Sequence record: SRR2962707_2599
Length of the DNA: 64,000 nt
Strand: one strand, 5' to 3'
Made by a program: the position numbers and the translations under genes
In this document: positions 18,473 through 28,820 of the stretch, piece by piece
Layout: each line of letters begins with the position of its first letter
How positions within the stretch are numbered: position 1 is the first letter of the stretch
The notes under the pieces: generated by a model
Seen by the model: the letters and a program-made list of their open reading frames with translations, nothing else
Told to the model about the DNA's origin: nothing
The model's database searches: none

Positions 18473-20740
18473 TTAGGAGTAATAATAGTCTGACACTTCG
18501 TGACGGTTGTAAGAACGGTATTTTTTTAGATTTGCGCGCGTAAACAGCACGCCCAGAACGTTTTCCTTACGAAGACCGCTTTTCTTAAGAGAGGCGATGA
18601 CCAGCTCCTGTGCGGTTGAGCCCCATTTGACCACATAGATCACACGATCACACAGCCGCGTTAAGAGCTGGGTATCCGCCGCACCCTGTACGGGGGGAAG
18701 ATCAACGATGACATAATTGAAATTCTGACGCAGGACTTTTAGGAGCACTTCAAAGTTTTCAAAATTCTGAGGCGATACGCTGCCCACATCCAAGTTACCA
18801 ATGAGATTCAGACCTGGGAATTCAGGGACTGTGTTCAGATTCTTCAGGGCGTAATCAGGGTCTTTGAGAAACTTGGCCAGGCGGTTGTTGCGCGGCAAGA
18901 CAGGGTTCACCATCCGCGACATCTCATGAGAGATCAGATCCATATCGACCAACACAACTTTCTCGTTCCGACTGGCGGCGAGGAAGGTTGCAAAGTTGAA
19001 GGCCGTGGTGGTTTTTCCTTCGTCTCTGACAGAGGAGGTGAACCCAAGAACAATGCCCTCACCAACTGCGGAAATCTGTTGCTTTTGCAAAGACAGCCCA
19101 ACGTGCAAGCTGCGCATGGTTTCAGCACTGATCGAGGCAGGCCAGATAGATGCAAAATCAAACTGGCGGGCGGCTCTGGACAGTTTCCGCCATTGCTTCC
19201 CGCGTATGACACTTTTTGTTCGTCCACGTGGTGCAAGACGTTTATCAGAGCGGAAAGACGGGATCACACCAAGGCACGGTAGCCCAAGTCTCTTAAAGAC
19301 ATCGGATTGCGCCCGGAAACTCTGATCCATCGTTTCCAACATAAAGATCAGACTGATCGCGATCACCAAACCCGCGAACACAGCCAGAAATACCACCTGT
19401 TTGGATTTCGGCGAGGACTTAGAGCCTGGGACAACAGCCCAACCGATGACCCGCGCTGAGGTGGCATCAAACGTCAAAAGCTGGGCGGTGCTGTTGAACT
19501 CTTCCAGCAATCGTTCATAAAGTTCCCGCTTGGCATTGGCTTCGCGTTCCAGGTTACGCAGCTCAAGCGTTTTCTCTGTGTCATCCCCATATTCTTCACG
19601 CAGATCTGCGATCACTTTTTCAGTGGCCAAAACCTGACGGCTCATGGCCTCGCTCTGCGTGGCCAGTCGGGATTGAATCTGGCGGTACTCTCCGATGATC
19701 AACTCGCGGATTTGGGCTTTTTGCACCCGAATCCCGGTTACGGTGGGCGCCGTTTCATCCCAGACCAAAAGCAACTCTTGTTCCTGTTGCTGTAGCTCTG
19801 CCAGGCGGCTCTCGAAATCCGCAAGCGCCTTGGTGCGTTCTTCAAGCGAAATCTGAACCGCTTCGATTTCATTTGCGGCAATCTGCTCGCCCAATTGCGT
19901 TGCCTGAACATCAATGGTCAGCGCCAAGCCGCGCAAGCGGATCAGCTCTCCAATGGCGGTATTCAATGCAATCTCAGTGGGTAAAAGCGCCCCTTCCGGC
20001 GTCAATAAGTCATTGCTGCGCCGATAATCTGCGACAGCCGCCTCAGCTGAAGTCACGTCAATGCGCAGCTCTTCGATCCGATCCGACAACCAAAGCTGGT
20101 TGCGCTCAATCATTTCAACATTCTGTTTGCCTGACTGCTTTAGATATTCCTTAATCACGGTGTTCACCGCTTGTGGGGCGAATTCCAGATTGGGAGACGA
20201 ATAAGAGACGTCAATCACAAAGCTATCGCCGGCGCGCTGAACTTTTAGATTGCGCACAAAACGTTTTCGTTTGGCCTCCAGCTCCCGCTCGGCTCGCGCC
20301 GCATCAGACAGGGCCGCGCCTTCGTCTTCTGTTTCGGTGTTAAGGCCTAGCTGGGTGAACAGCTTTTGGCGTAATGACGGGGCCAAAACAGTCTCGCCAT
20401 CCAGCCCCAAAGCACGCATGGCATTTGTTGTGACTTCGCGCGATGCAAGTACGCGTAGCTCACTGTCTACAGTCAGCGCATCAGACATCAACAAGCCGGG
20501 CATCATCTGTGCCCCGCCTTCCGGGTTTTGGCCGACGCGAGGATCAATCAAGATAGCGCCATTTGCCGTATAGATGGGTGTCGCATTCAAGACAAAAAAG
20601 ATGCCGCAAGACACCGATATCACGAGGGTCGCAAACAAAATTAACCAGCGACGGCGCAACTTTGCCATCAGATCCCGAAGCACGGCACCCAGTTCAATGG
20701 AAGGTAGAAAGTTGTCTCGATTTGCGGGGTCTTGATTCAC
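18473..20740 (-). CDS. exoP: Polysaccharide co-polymerase / BY-kinase (ExoP/Wzc)
   Basis: Two TM segments flanking a coiled coil; Walker A SSVRDEGKTT, LVDMD, VIVDLPP; Tyr-rich C-terminus (DYYYS). Confidence 0.88.
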   Translation of the reverse strand: MNQDPANRDNFLPSIELGAVLRDLMAKLRRRWLILFATLVISVSCGIFFVLNATPIYTANGAILIDPRVGQNPEGGAQMMPGLLMSDALTVDSELRVLASREVTTNAMRALGLDGETVLAPSLRQKLFTQLGLNTETEDEGAALSDAARAERELEAKRKRFVRNLKVQRAGDSFVIDVSYSSPNLEFAPQAVNTVIKEYLKQSGKQNVEMIERNQLWLSDRIEELRIDVTSAEAAVADYRRSNDLLTPEGALLPTEIALNTAIGELIRLRGLALTIDVQATQLGEQIAANEIEAVQISLEERTKALADFESRLAELQQQEQELLLVWDETAPTVTGIRVQKAQIRELIIGEYRQIQSRLATQSEAMSRQVLATEKVIADLREEYGDDTEKTLELRNLEREANAKRELYERLLEEFNSTAQLLTFDATSARVIGWAVVPGSKSSPKSKQVVFLAVFAGLVIAISLIFMLETMDQSFRAQSDVFKRLGLPCLGVIPSFRSDKRLAPRGRTKSVIRGKQWRKLSRAARQFDFASIWPASISAETMRSLHVGLSLQKQQISAVGEGIVLGFTSSVRDEGKTTTAFNFATFLAASRNEKVVLVDMDLISHEMSRMVNPVLPRNNRLAKFLKDPDYALKNLNTVPEFPGLNLIGNLDVGSVSPQNFENFEVLLKVLRQNFNYVIVDLPPVQGAADTQLLTRLCDRVIYVVKWGSTAQELVIASLKKSGLRKENVLGVLFTRANLKKYRSYNRHEVSDYYYS

Positions 20741-20961
20741 GTTAAGAACTCAATCCAAAAGTCATATTTTACTCAAAAAATGGGGGCCGTTACATGGGTC
20801 CCCAAGCGAAATGCCGGTGCCCAAACACCACGCGAAAAAGGCGCAGAAATATGCCTAACGCCATCCCCTTCATCTAGACGATTTCTAAAATTAAGCCAAA
20901 CCACATTTGTGTCTGCCCCTGCCATTGTTCCGAATTCGTGGATAAAGAGGTCAAATTAGCC

Positions 20962-22332
20962 TCATGATGACGATTTATCGCTGTTTTCTGGCCGGTGCTT
21001 ATCTGACCACAGGTTTGCAAGCGAGGTGTCGACTCCGGCGCCCTTAAGGCTGACCTGCCACAACAACGCCTGCTGGAACAAATAGCTTAATCCTGCCCCA
21101 AAGGCCGCGCCATTCACGCCCGCGATCCATCCGCCCAGTACAGTCGCCCCAACCAACACGCCTGCGCTGATCCCAGCAACCCAGAATACTGCCGTTTGTC
21201 GGCCCGTGACATTCAAGACGATCTGAGCAGGACCAAAAATGGCCTCAGCCGCAGGCACCAGCATCAGGATGAACAAGGGCACAAGAACAACTGTGTACTC
21301 TGGCCCAAAAGCGGCCAAAATCCATTCCCCAAACAAAGCCAAAAGGCCACAGACGGCCGCCAGCGCCGCCAGCTTCAGAATCGAGGCGCTTCGCATCAGG
21401 CTCGCCACCCGAACAAAGTTTTTGTTCTGCAGGCCCTTTGACAATTGTGGGCTGAGTGAGATGTCTACGGCTTTCATACTGAAATAGGCCAGGCTCATGA
21501 TTGACAAGGCCAAGGCAACATACCCGACCTGTGCAGCACTCAACACCAAACCGGCACTGGCCACGATGACGTGCTTGAGATTGTCACGCAGCACTAAAAG
21601 GGGCGCCATCATTGCGCCGGTTCCCAGCCATTTACGCGCTTCGCCAAAGTCTGACGTGGCATTGGCGGCCTCCGCGAATGTTTTGCGCAGTAAAAGAGCC
21701 TGGACCAGCGCACTAAGCACAAAAGCCACCAGCAACAGCACCATTAAGACCGTCGGCCCGGCCTGAAGACCACTGACCCAAATGATCAGCAGCAAAAGAC
21801 AAATGACCCCCGGACGGACCAACATGATGGGCAGACCGCCCCGCAAGACCTGACCCAAAGCCGTCGCATGGCGGGCATAGACCCGGGTCAGCGCCACAAT
21901 CGGGGCCGCGATCAGCGCGATTATCAGGACCTGAGGTGTTTGCGCGCCAACATCCAGCCAACCCAAGGCCCATAGCCCCAGGCCGATCAGCGCAGCCAAC
22001 ACGGACATGCCAAGGATTATTCTGCGGTTGAAGCGAATGAACCCCGCCATCAGGCCCGGACGGCCCGTTTCGCGATATTGCACAAGATATTTGATTGACC
22101 CGGATTCAACATTCAGCGCCAGCCCGATCGACAACAACATCGTCCAGGCAAAACCAGACATTACCAGACCAAACTCCGCAGGAGACGCAATCCGGGCCAA
22201 AATCAATGTATAGCCCAAAGTCAGCAAATTGCCGCCGACGCGCGCGCCCACCAGGGACGACGCCTTTTTCAGGATACCCCTTAACGAAGACGCGCCATAT
22301 GAGTCAGCAGACTTATCCGAATACGAAGCCAT
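20962..22332 (-). CDS. Wzx-type oligosaccharide flippase
   Basis: About 12 TM segments; ILARIASPAEFG, FGPEY and LNVTGRQ motifs. Confidence 0.82.
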   Translation of the reverse strand: MASYSDKSADSYGASSLRGILKKASSLVGARVGGNLLTLGYTLILARIASPAEFGLVMSGFAWTMLLSIGLALNVESGSIKYLVQYRETGRPGLMAGFIRFNRRIILGMSVLAALIGLGLWALGWLDVGAQTPQVLIIALIAAPIVALTRVYARHATALGQVLRGGLPIMLVRPGVICLLLLIIWVSGLQAGPTVLMVLLLVAFVLSALVQALLLRKTFAEAANATSDFGEARKWLGTGAMMAPLLVLRDNLKHVIVASAGLVLSAAQVGYVALALSIMSLAYFSMKAVDISLSPQLSKGLQNKNFVRVASLMRSASILKLAALAAVCGLLALFGEWILAAFGPEYTVVLVPLFILMLVPAAEAIFGPAQIVLNVTGRQTAVFWVAGISAGVLVGATVLGGWIAGVNGAAFGAGLSYLFQQALLWQVSLKGAGVDTSLANLWSDKHRPENSDKSSS

Positions 22333-22508
22333 AGAATGCTCTCTTTGCCTGATAAAGTTTGGTCAAATTGTCGACGTTATCTATGAACTCTTTGTGCAAA
22401 AGATATGGCCTATTGGAGTCTAAGAAGCCCTTACCTATACTAAGTTAGAGAAAATAACAGCGACAAGACCCGTGTACGAATTTTCGTGTCTCCTTAAGGA
22501 AAACCTGC

Positions 22509-24518
22509 ATGCGCATCAATCTCGTGGCTATTCTATTTGCACTCGTTTCTGGCATGGCTTCGGCGGGCCCCGATTTATCCGGCACGCTGCCCATTCTTCA
22601 GGAAGATTTTTCCGAAAATGAACTGAATCGCTATGATGGCCGCTCAGGGCTCTGGTCAACTCTGCCCCGACGCGGTCAACTGATGACCAATGCCGCCGAA
22701 ACCGTGTTTCTGGATCACGGTGTTCTAGGCCCAGAATCCGATGCCACCCTGCCCCCTGTCCATGTGATCACCCCAGAAGGTCTGGCATTGCGCACGATTG
22801 CCCTGTCGGACGATATCAAGTCTGATGTGGCGTCTTACATGATCGACACAGGTCAGAAAAACCGAGCCCAAAAAATCCGCTTTGCCAGTGGTGAGATCAC
22901 AACGGCCCATACTTGGGCACAAACCTATGGCTATTTTGAAATCGAGGCCCGCATTCCCCGGGGCAAAGGCCGCTGGCCCGCCTTTTGGCTCACCTTTGCC
23001 GGCGTTGGCTGGCCGCCAGAGATTGACGTCTTTGAGGCCTATGGCGCTGGATTGCGATCCCGCACCAAGAAAGACCATACCTTCAATAATGCCGTCTTTT
23101 TTGATGCTCTGGATGCAGATCAACAGCCCGTGCATGAGGTCGAGATAGAAAACCCCTATGCGACAAACGACGAAGGTCGTGTGCCTTTGAAGAAGAAACG
23201 CGGCGAACGGGAGATTTATAACTTCCATCAGATACAAAACCCGCTCGACGACTTTCAAGCCGATATCTACGAAGATTTTCACACTTATGCGGCGCTTTGG
23301 ACACCTGAAACGATCACCTTCTATTTTGGGAAAACCCGCGACAGCTTGGTCGAAATCTACAAGACGCCTACCCCTCAGGACGTGAACGACCAAATGTTTA
23401 TCATTGCCAATGACCAGTTCACTGCGCGGGGTGGCTGGTGGTCGGCAGATGAAAAGGCGCTCGAAGAAACGCTTGATCCAGAGAATGCCTTCGTTCTGCG
23501 TCAGATCACCGTACGGGCTTTTGAACCTGATCTGGTCTTGGAAATGGCCAATGGGGATATCATCAATGACCCGCGCAACAGCGTGATCCATGACACGGCC
23601 GGAGATGATCTCATTGCCCCCGGTGCCGGGTTTGACATTCTGTCGCTTTCGGGGGGGAAGGACACCCTCCTTCTCCAGCGGGATCGTCAGAACAAGATCA
23701 TCTCGGGCTTTGGTCCGGACGACACCATCGTGCTTGAGGGCTATCCTTTTTTCGATGTGGCGGATGTACTGTCCCGTCTGACCCAGGTCGGGTCCGATGT
23801 TTGGCTTCCCAGTGGCGCAGATCCGGCCTGGCCGCACACCATAATTTTCCGTGATGCCACCACAGAACAATTCGAAGCCTCCCAATTTGACGTCAAATGG
23901 CCCTTGGCCCGTGATATCTGGCTGGCGGAGGCGAAACGTTCTAACCGTCCGGAAACTGACTTGGATAAGGATGGCTTGCTGAGCGCCAGAGCCCCGGGTG
24001 CCTGGTTGAATGACCGCAGAGCCGCCGTCGCAATCACCGGAACCTCGCTTACCGACAGATTCATTGTGTCCAACCTAGGCACAACGATCGACGAACAGAA
24101 AAACGGCGGCATTGATACTCTGATCAGCTGGGTGGATTATACCATACCAGAAAATATCGAGCACGGGATCGTGCGCGGAAAAAGCACCAGCCTTAGCGCC
24201 AGTCCCAAAGGGCACCGACTGGAAACCTACGCCGACCGTGTCTTTCTAACCGGGAACAGCGGCGATGATCTGTTTGTCATCGCCCCCGAAGCAACCTTCA
24301 TCACCGTGAACATCGCCAAGACAGGGGGCCATGACAAGTTGCGCGGCTTTGGGCCGGGGCACCGTCTGGCCCTTTCGGCCACGCTCAGAGCCACGCAAGA
24401 ACAGTGGCAACTTTTTGATCATCCCCAAGGCGTTTTGGTTGATTTTGGAAACAATCAAACGCTGTTGGTTGAAGCTGTTGACAAAACCTCTGTCAGACGT
24501 GTGCTGGGGTTACAGTGA
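22509..24518 (+). CDS. GH16 glycanase with N-terminal signal peptide and degenerate RTX-associated C-terminal modules
   Basis: WAQTYGYFEI...GRWPAFWL...WPPEIDVFE; signal peptide ending ...MASA. Confidence 0.82.
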   Translation: MRINLVAILFALVSGMASAGPDLSGTLPILQEDFSENELNRYDGRSGLWSTLPRRGQLMTNAAETVFLDHGVLGPESDATLPPVHVITPEGLALRTIALSDDIKSDVASYMIDTGQKNRAQKIRFASGEITTAHTWAQTYGYFEIEARIPRGKGRWPAFWLTFAGVGWPPEIDVFEAYGAGLRSRTKKDHTFNNAVFFDALDADQQPVHEVEIENPYATNDEGRVPLKKKRGEREIYNFHQIQNPLDDFQADIYEDFHTYAALWTPETITFYFGKTRDSLVEIYKTPTPQDVNDQMFIIANDQFTARGGWWSADEKALEETLDPENAFVLRQITVRAFEPDLVLEMANGDIINDPRNSVIHDTAGDDLIAPGAGFDILSLSGGKDTLLLQRDRQNKIISGFGPDDTIVLEGYPFFDVADVLSRLTQVGSDVWLPSGADPAWPHTIIFRDATTEQFEASQFDVKWPLARDIWLAEAKRSNRPETDLDKDGLLSARAPGAWLNDRRAAVAITGTSLTDRFIVSNLGTTIDEQKNGGIDTLISWVDYTIPENIEHGIVRGKSTSLSASPKGHRLETYADRVFLTGNSGDDLFVIAPEATFITVNIAKTGGHDKLRGFGPGHRLALSATLRATQEQWQLFDHPQGVLVDFGNNQTLLVEAVDKTSVRRVLGLQ

Positions 24519-24585
24519 TCCTTTATTTTCTGCGCTGCAGCAGGTACAGTTCTGAGCGAATTCCAGCAAAAAATTGGGCCCAATC

Positions 24586-25449
24586 ATGAGACAATTTCAA
24601 GCGACGTTTATCGGTATTGGTGCCCAGAAATGCGCGTCCACCTGGCTTTATGGTGTCTTGCAACAAAGCCCTGAAGTTCTGGTCAGTGACGAAAAGGAAG
24701 TTGATTTCTTCAGCTACTATTTTGATCGCGGCTATGAATGGTATGAACGCAATTTTGCCTCTGAGACACCGCGTCAACACCGGGGTGAGATTTCACCTTC
24801 TTACTTCATCCATCCCGACGCTCCTGCTCGGGCCTCTGCCTATAATCCGGACCTGCATGTCTTTGTGACTCTGCGGGACCCGGTCAAACGCGCGTTTTCC
24901 AATCACTTACACGAAGCGCGCAAGGGCCACATCAGCGGCGAGAACCTGGTTTTCGAAACGGCGATGGACAACAATCCGCTTTACCGGGATCAGGGGCGTT
25001 ATGCGACCCATCTGAAGCGATGGCTCGATCATTTCCCTCAGGATCGGGTCCACGTCATGTTCCAAGAGGAAATCCTGGAAGATCGCGCAAAAATGGCCCG
25101 GCAGGTGACCGATTTGTTAGGGCTGAAACCATTGGACGATTTTCTAGACCTGCGGGCAAATGAAAGTGTGCGCTATCGCAATGCAGCCCTTGGCGAAACC
25201 ATGTGGAAAGTTGGCGACTATGCCCGCCGTCATGGGATGGGCCGACTGGTTGAAACCGTAAAATCGTCTCCCGGGATCAAACAAATGCGCGCCTCCAACC
25301 GGGAATCCATGCGTGATGCGGTTGCGCCCATGGCTGCACAGACCGAGACTGCCCTGACCGATTTTTATGCCGACGAGGTGTCACAGCTTGAAGCGCTGTT
25401 GAACCGCTCGGTTCCTTGGCAACGGTTTCGCGTCGCACAAAACGCCTAA
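24586..25449 (+). CDS. Sulfotransferase
   Basis: FIGIGAQKCASTWL, KEVDFF, GEISPSY, LRDPVKRAFS. Confidence 0.88.
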   Translation: MRQFQATFIGIGAQKCASTWLYGVLQQSPEVLVSDEKEVDFFSYYFDRGYEWYERNFASETPRQHRGEISPSYFIHPDAPARASAYNPDLHVFVTLRDPVKRAFSNHLHEARKGHISGENLVFETAMDNNPLYRDQGRYATHLKRWLDHFPQDRVHVMFQEEILEDRAKMARQVTDLLGLKPLDDFLDLRANESVRYRNAALGETMWKVGDYARRHGMGRLVETVKSSPGIKQMRASNRESMRDAVAPMAAQTETALTDFYADEVSQLEALLNRSVPWQRFRVAQNA

Positions 25450-25479
25450 TGCAGGTCGCCCACGACAATCGCCCATAAA

Positions 25480-25511
25480 CAAGGCCCGATCAGAACGCTG
25501 ATCGGGCCTTG
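25480..25511. terminator. Probable bidirectional terminator
   Basis: 14-bp perfect stem CAAGGCCCGATCAG / CTGATCGGGCCTTG between convergent genes. Confidence 0.8.
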
Positions 25512-25536
25512 CTTTGTCTCTAAACCGTGGTTTTGT

Positions 25537-28344
25537 TTAACCAAACATCAAACTGTCGTCAGACAACTGGCTGATCGACAGAGTTTCGACATCCGTTCCC
25601 AGGATTTTTGCCAGACGTAGGGTTTCGCCGCCAATATCGGTTTGCAGGAAGGTTGTTGTCCCTTTCACAATCAGTTCGACTTCTGAGGCGCCAGAACTGC
25701 TGAGGCCAGTCACCAAGAGCCGGTCTCCTTCTGAGGCGTCAAAGTCATGGACAACATCCATCTCACCTGCGTCGCTGATATCAAAGACAAAGACATCCGC
25801 GCCGGCATCCCCTCTGAGAACATCTCGCCCGGTTCCGCCGTTCAATAGATCGTCCCCATCGCCGCCAATCAGTTTATCGCGGCCGGCCCCGCCTTCCAGG
25901 CTGTCATTATCAGAGCCGCCCGTCAGCACGTCGTTGCCTTCGCCGCCATTCAGCAGGTCGTCACCGGCGCCGCCCACCAGCTTATCCGTGCCCAGATCAC
26001 CCATCAACGTGTCCGCATCGCCGCCGCCCATCAGGGTATCATTGCCGCCGCCGCCAAGAAGAAGGTCTTTGCCACCTAGGCCGTATAGCTTGTCGTCGCC
26101 CTCAGCGCCCTGCATTTGATCCGCCCCTTGGCTGCCGCGCAGACGATCATTATTGGCGCTACCGACAAATATCTGGTCAAAGACAGGGGTTTCTTGCGCA
26201 GGTTCCTCGACGACCGGCTCTTCTGCGGGTTCTTCGACAACCGGTTCTTCAACCACAGGCTCTTCTGCGGGTTCCTCAATCACAGGTTCTTCGACCACGG
26301 GAGGCTCTGGCGTTTCCCCTACAGGTTCTTGCGCAGACCCAAAAAGCGACTTCATTTCAGCGAAACTATAGGTGACGTCACTGAAAACGAATTTCTCGAT
26401 GCCAATCACTGTGCTCAATCCGCTACCGGCCAGGCCCAGAAGAAACGTACCCGTCTGAGCGAAATATCCAGTGACAGTGGTATAGGCCGACGCAAAAGTT
26501 AGCGTATCCGTACCAGAACCACCGTTAAGCGTGTCGTTGCCTGTGCTGTAGTGGAAAATGTCTTTGCCACGACCACCCTCAATCAGGTTGTCAGCCGCAT
26601 TCCCGGTCAGCACATCATATCCGTCTCCCGCGAAAATGTTTTCGATCTCGTCAGCGTTTTCCAGCGTGACCACCACACCGGCAATTTTTGTCTCGTTTTG
26701 TCCGCTCAGATCAATCTGGCTGTTCGAGGTCACTGCAGCGGCGTTAATCCCGTCAATCCCACCGTCCGTGTCCCGCAAACTGCTGCGGGCCAGCAGATCG
26801 TCGCCACTATACAGACTGCCAAATTCATCGGTATAGACATAGGTGTCATTCTGAAAATCGTCCGCATCCCCATGCAGTGTCAGCGTCACCGCGCCCATCG
26901 ATCCAGTCAACGGGTTCCCGCTGCTGTCTTGCGCGTCTGGATTGCGGTTGTAGATATCAACCTGCCAGTCCCCGGCCCCCATTTCCCCCATGGACGCCAC
27001 AGAGGTGAACGTGAAATTACGTGCGCCACCGATATATGTCGCATCGGGCTGGGCATAAATCAGCTGAACTGTGGTGCCATCCGGACTGGTAAGATAGACA
27101 TCAATGTCCCCTGTATTGGCCCATTTCAGATTCATCGAAATCTGCACATGTTCGACTTCGATCTCTTGCGCCACATCAATCGTAAACGACAGATGATCTT
27201 TGCTCCCGGCCACCAGCTCGCCACCGACGTCTTCGGTGATTTCCAGGGTATCCCGGTTTGCCGCTGTCTTTTGCGTGTCCCATGTCTCGGCCAAGCGAAC
27301 CGCATTATGAGCACTGACAAAGCCATAGCCAAAGCTATCGCTAAAGTGCATGCCGCCGCCGTTAAAGTTCCCGGCCCCATTGCTCAGCCAGTCATTTCCA
27401 TTCTCTGTCTCATCCGCCAGACCTTCACGCTTGGCCGACAGAGCCAAAATTTGTTGAATATCCCGATAGCCCAGCTCAGAATTGGCCTCAAGCATCAGGC
27501 CAATGACGGCCGAGACGGCCGGGGCTGCAAAAGATGTTCCGGTGGCCTCTGTAAACCGATTGTTGGGGGCCGTCGTGTAAACGCCCACCCCACCGGCCGA
27601 TACCAACACATTGGCCCCAACACTGGTAGATGCCCAGGCAGAACCATCTTTTTCCACCGCGCCAACCGCGATGCTATAAGGGGAATTCTGAAAGTTGTGA
27701 TAATTTGACGACCCGTCAATGCCCGCATTGCCTGCCGAAAAGACATTCGAGGTTCCCAGTCCATCACGGCCTGTTTCCGCAACGAATTGCATCGCCTCTG
27801 CCATCGCGGCATTTTCGGCCCGGGCAAAGTTATCGCCAAAATTGCGGGTAAAACTCCAGCTGTTATTCACAACGTCAAGATCCGCGCTGGCGCGCAAACC
27901 TGCCACCACCTGATCGACGATATTGCTGCTGCTATAATCAATGGCCAAACCAACCAATGTTGCGTCAGAAGCAATACCAACACTCCCGGTGCCATTTCCA
28001 CCTTCCGAGACAATCACCCCAGAAACCATTGTACCGTGGCTATTACCGAAGTCTTTGGAATTGATAGAAATTTCTCCTGTTTTCAAGGAGAAATCATAGT
28101 CGAGAGAGGTGTCATATGAGCTGCTGAGCTCTTTGTGGTTAAAGTCGATTTGTGAATCGATAACCCCAATTTTGATCCCCTCTCCCGTGTAGTCCGACCA
28201 TACGGATTCGATATCGATACTCAAATGAGATTTGGTTGAGCTATCCAGATACCAGCTGCGATCAGTATTCGTGTCAGAGAGGAGCTTATCTACTGTCTCT
28301 GAAGAGACTACCGGCGATATAATTGTCATCGTCATTACTCCCAT
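25537..28344 (-). CDS. S8 serine protease with proprotein-convertase P-domain, acidic Pro/Glu linker and RTX repeats
   Basis: Catalytic triad motifs GVIDS, SHGTMVSG, GTSFAAP; P-domain (VEHVQI...LTSPDGT...GDWQV); GGxGxD repeats; T1SS-like C-terminus. Confidence 0.9.
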   Translation of the reverse strand: MGVMTMTIISPVVSSETVDKLLSDTNTDRSWYLDSSTKSHLSIDIESVWSDYTGEGIKIGVIDSQIDFNHKELSSSYDTSLDYDFSLKTGEISINSKDFGNSHGTMVSGVIVSEGGNGTGSVGIASDATLVGLAIDYSSSNIVDQVVAGLRASADLDVVNNSWSFTRNFGDNFARAENAAMAEAMQFVAETGRDGLGTSNVFSAGNAGIDGSSNYHNFQNSPYSIAVGAVEKDGSAWASTSVGANVLVSAGGVGVYTTAPNNRFTEATGTSFAAPAVSAVIGLMLEANSELGYRDIQQILALSAKREGLADETENGNDWLSNGAGNFNGGGMHFSDSFGYGFVSAHNAVRLAETWDTQKTAANRDTLEITEDVGGELVAGSKDHLSFTIDVAQEIEVEHVQISMNLKWANTGDIDVYLTSPDGTTVQLIYAQPDATYIGGARNFTFTSVASMGEMGAGDWQVDIYNRNPDAQDSSGNPLTGSMGAVTLTLHGDADDFQNDTYVYTDEFGSLYSGDDLLARSSLRDTDGGIDGINAAAVTSNSQIDLSGQNETKIAGVVVTLENADEIENIFAGDGYDVLTGNAADNLIEGGRGKDIFHYSTGNDTLNGGSGTDTLTFASAYTTVTGYFAQTGTFLLGLAGSGLSTVIGIEKFVFSDVTYSFAEMKSLFGSAQEPVGETPEPPVVEEPVIEEPAEEPVVEEPVVEEPAEEPVVEEPAQETPVFDQIFVGSANNDRLRGSQGADQMQGAEGDDKLYGLGGKDLLLGGGGNDTLMGGGDADTLMGDLGTDKLVGGAGDDLLNGGEGNDVLTGGSDNDSLEGGAGRDKLIGGDGDDLLNGGTGRDVLRGDAGADVFVFDISDAGEMDVVHDFDASEGDRLLVTGLSSSGASEVELIVKGTTTFLQTDIGGETLRLAKILGTDVETLSISQLSDDSLMFG
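26198..26310 (-). repeat. Coding tandem repeat (EEPVV/EEPA)n linker
   Basis: PPVVEEPVIEEPAEEPVVEEPVVEEPAEEPVVEEPAQ, encoded by degenerate 12- and 15-bp units. Confidence 0.85.
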
Positions 28345-28820
28345 CGGCCCTCACAAGCATTCAGTGCATGGCTGAGTCCGATCTGAGACCCCCCGTCACG
28401 ACTGGCAAAATGGGGAAGGTCATTTATGTTTAAGTTTCGGAGGAAAACTGGCAGCAAAAATGGACAAAAACGTGTCTGGCTCAGGCCATTTGCGCGGCAA
28501 CCAAGTCAATTGCAGGGCATCTCTTTAAAATGGGAAGCATCAACGTCAGAAGACCCTGAAATAACCTCTTTTTTTCCTTGGGCGCAGTGATGGCCCTCGG
28601 ATAAGCCTTTGAGGATGGGGTCGGGAAGGCGGGCCAAATTTCTGTTTTTCTGGGGTCTGTTTGATGAAAACCGGAGAAAACGCCCCTAAAGTGTGACATA
28701 TGGACGACATTGCCGTGGGAATCACCTGACCTCGGAACCTCATGACTCTGTGGAAATAATGAATGCCGCTATCTTCCCAAAAAAGACAACCGGTTCGCGC
28801 CGAGCAGAAATGAAATAAAT

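Noticed and set aside
26198-26310. Short tandem repeats as a possible CRISPR or non-coding array
   Set aside because: Units are 12-15 bp, degenerate at third codon positions, have no spacers and encode the protease linker.
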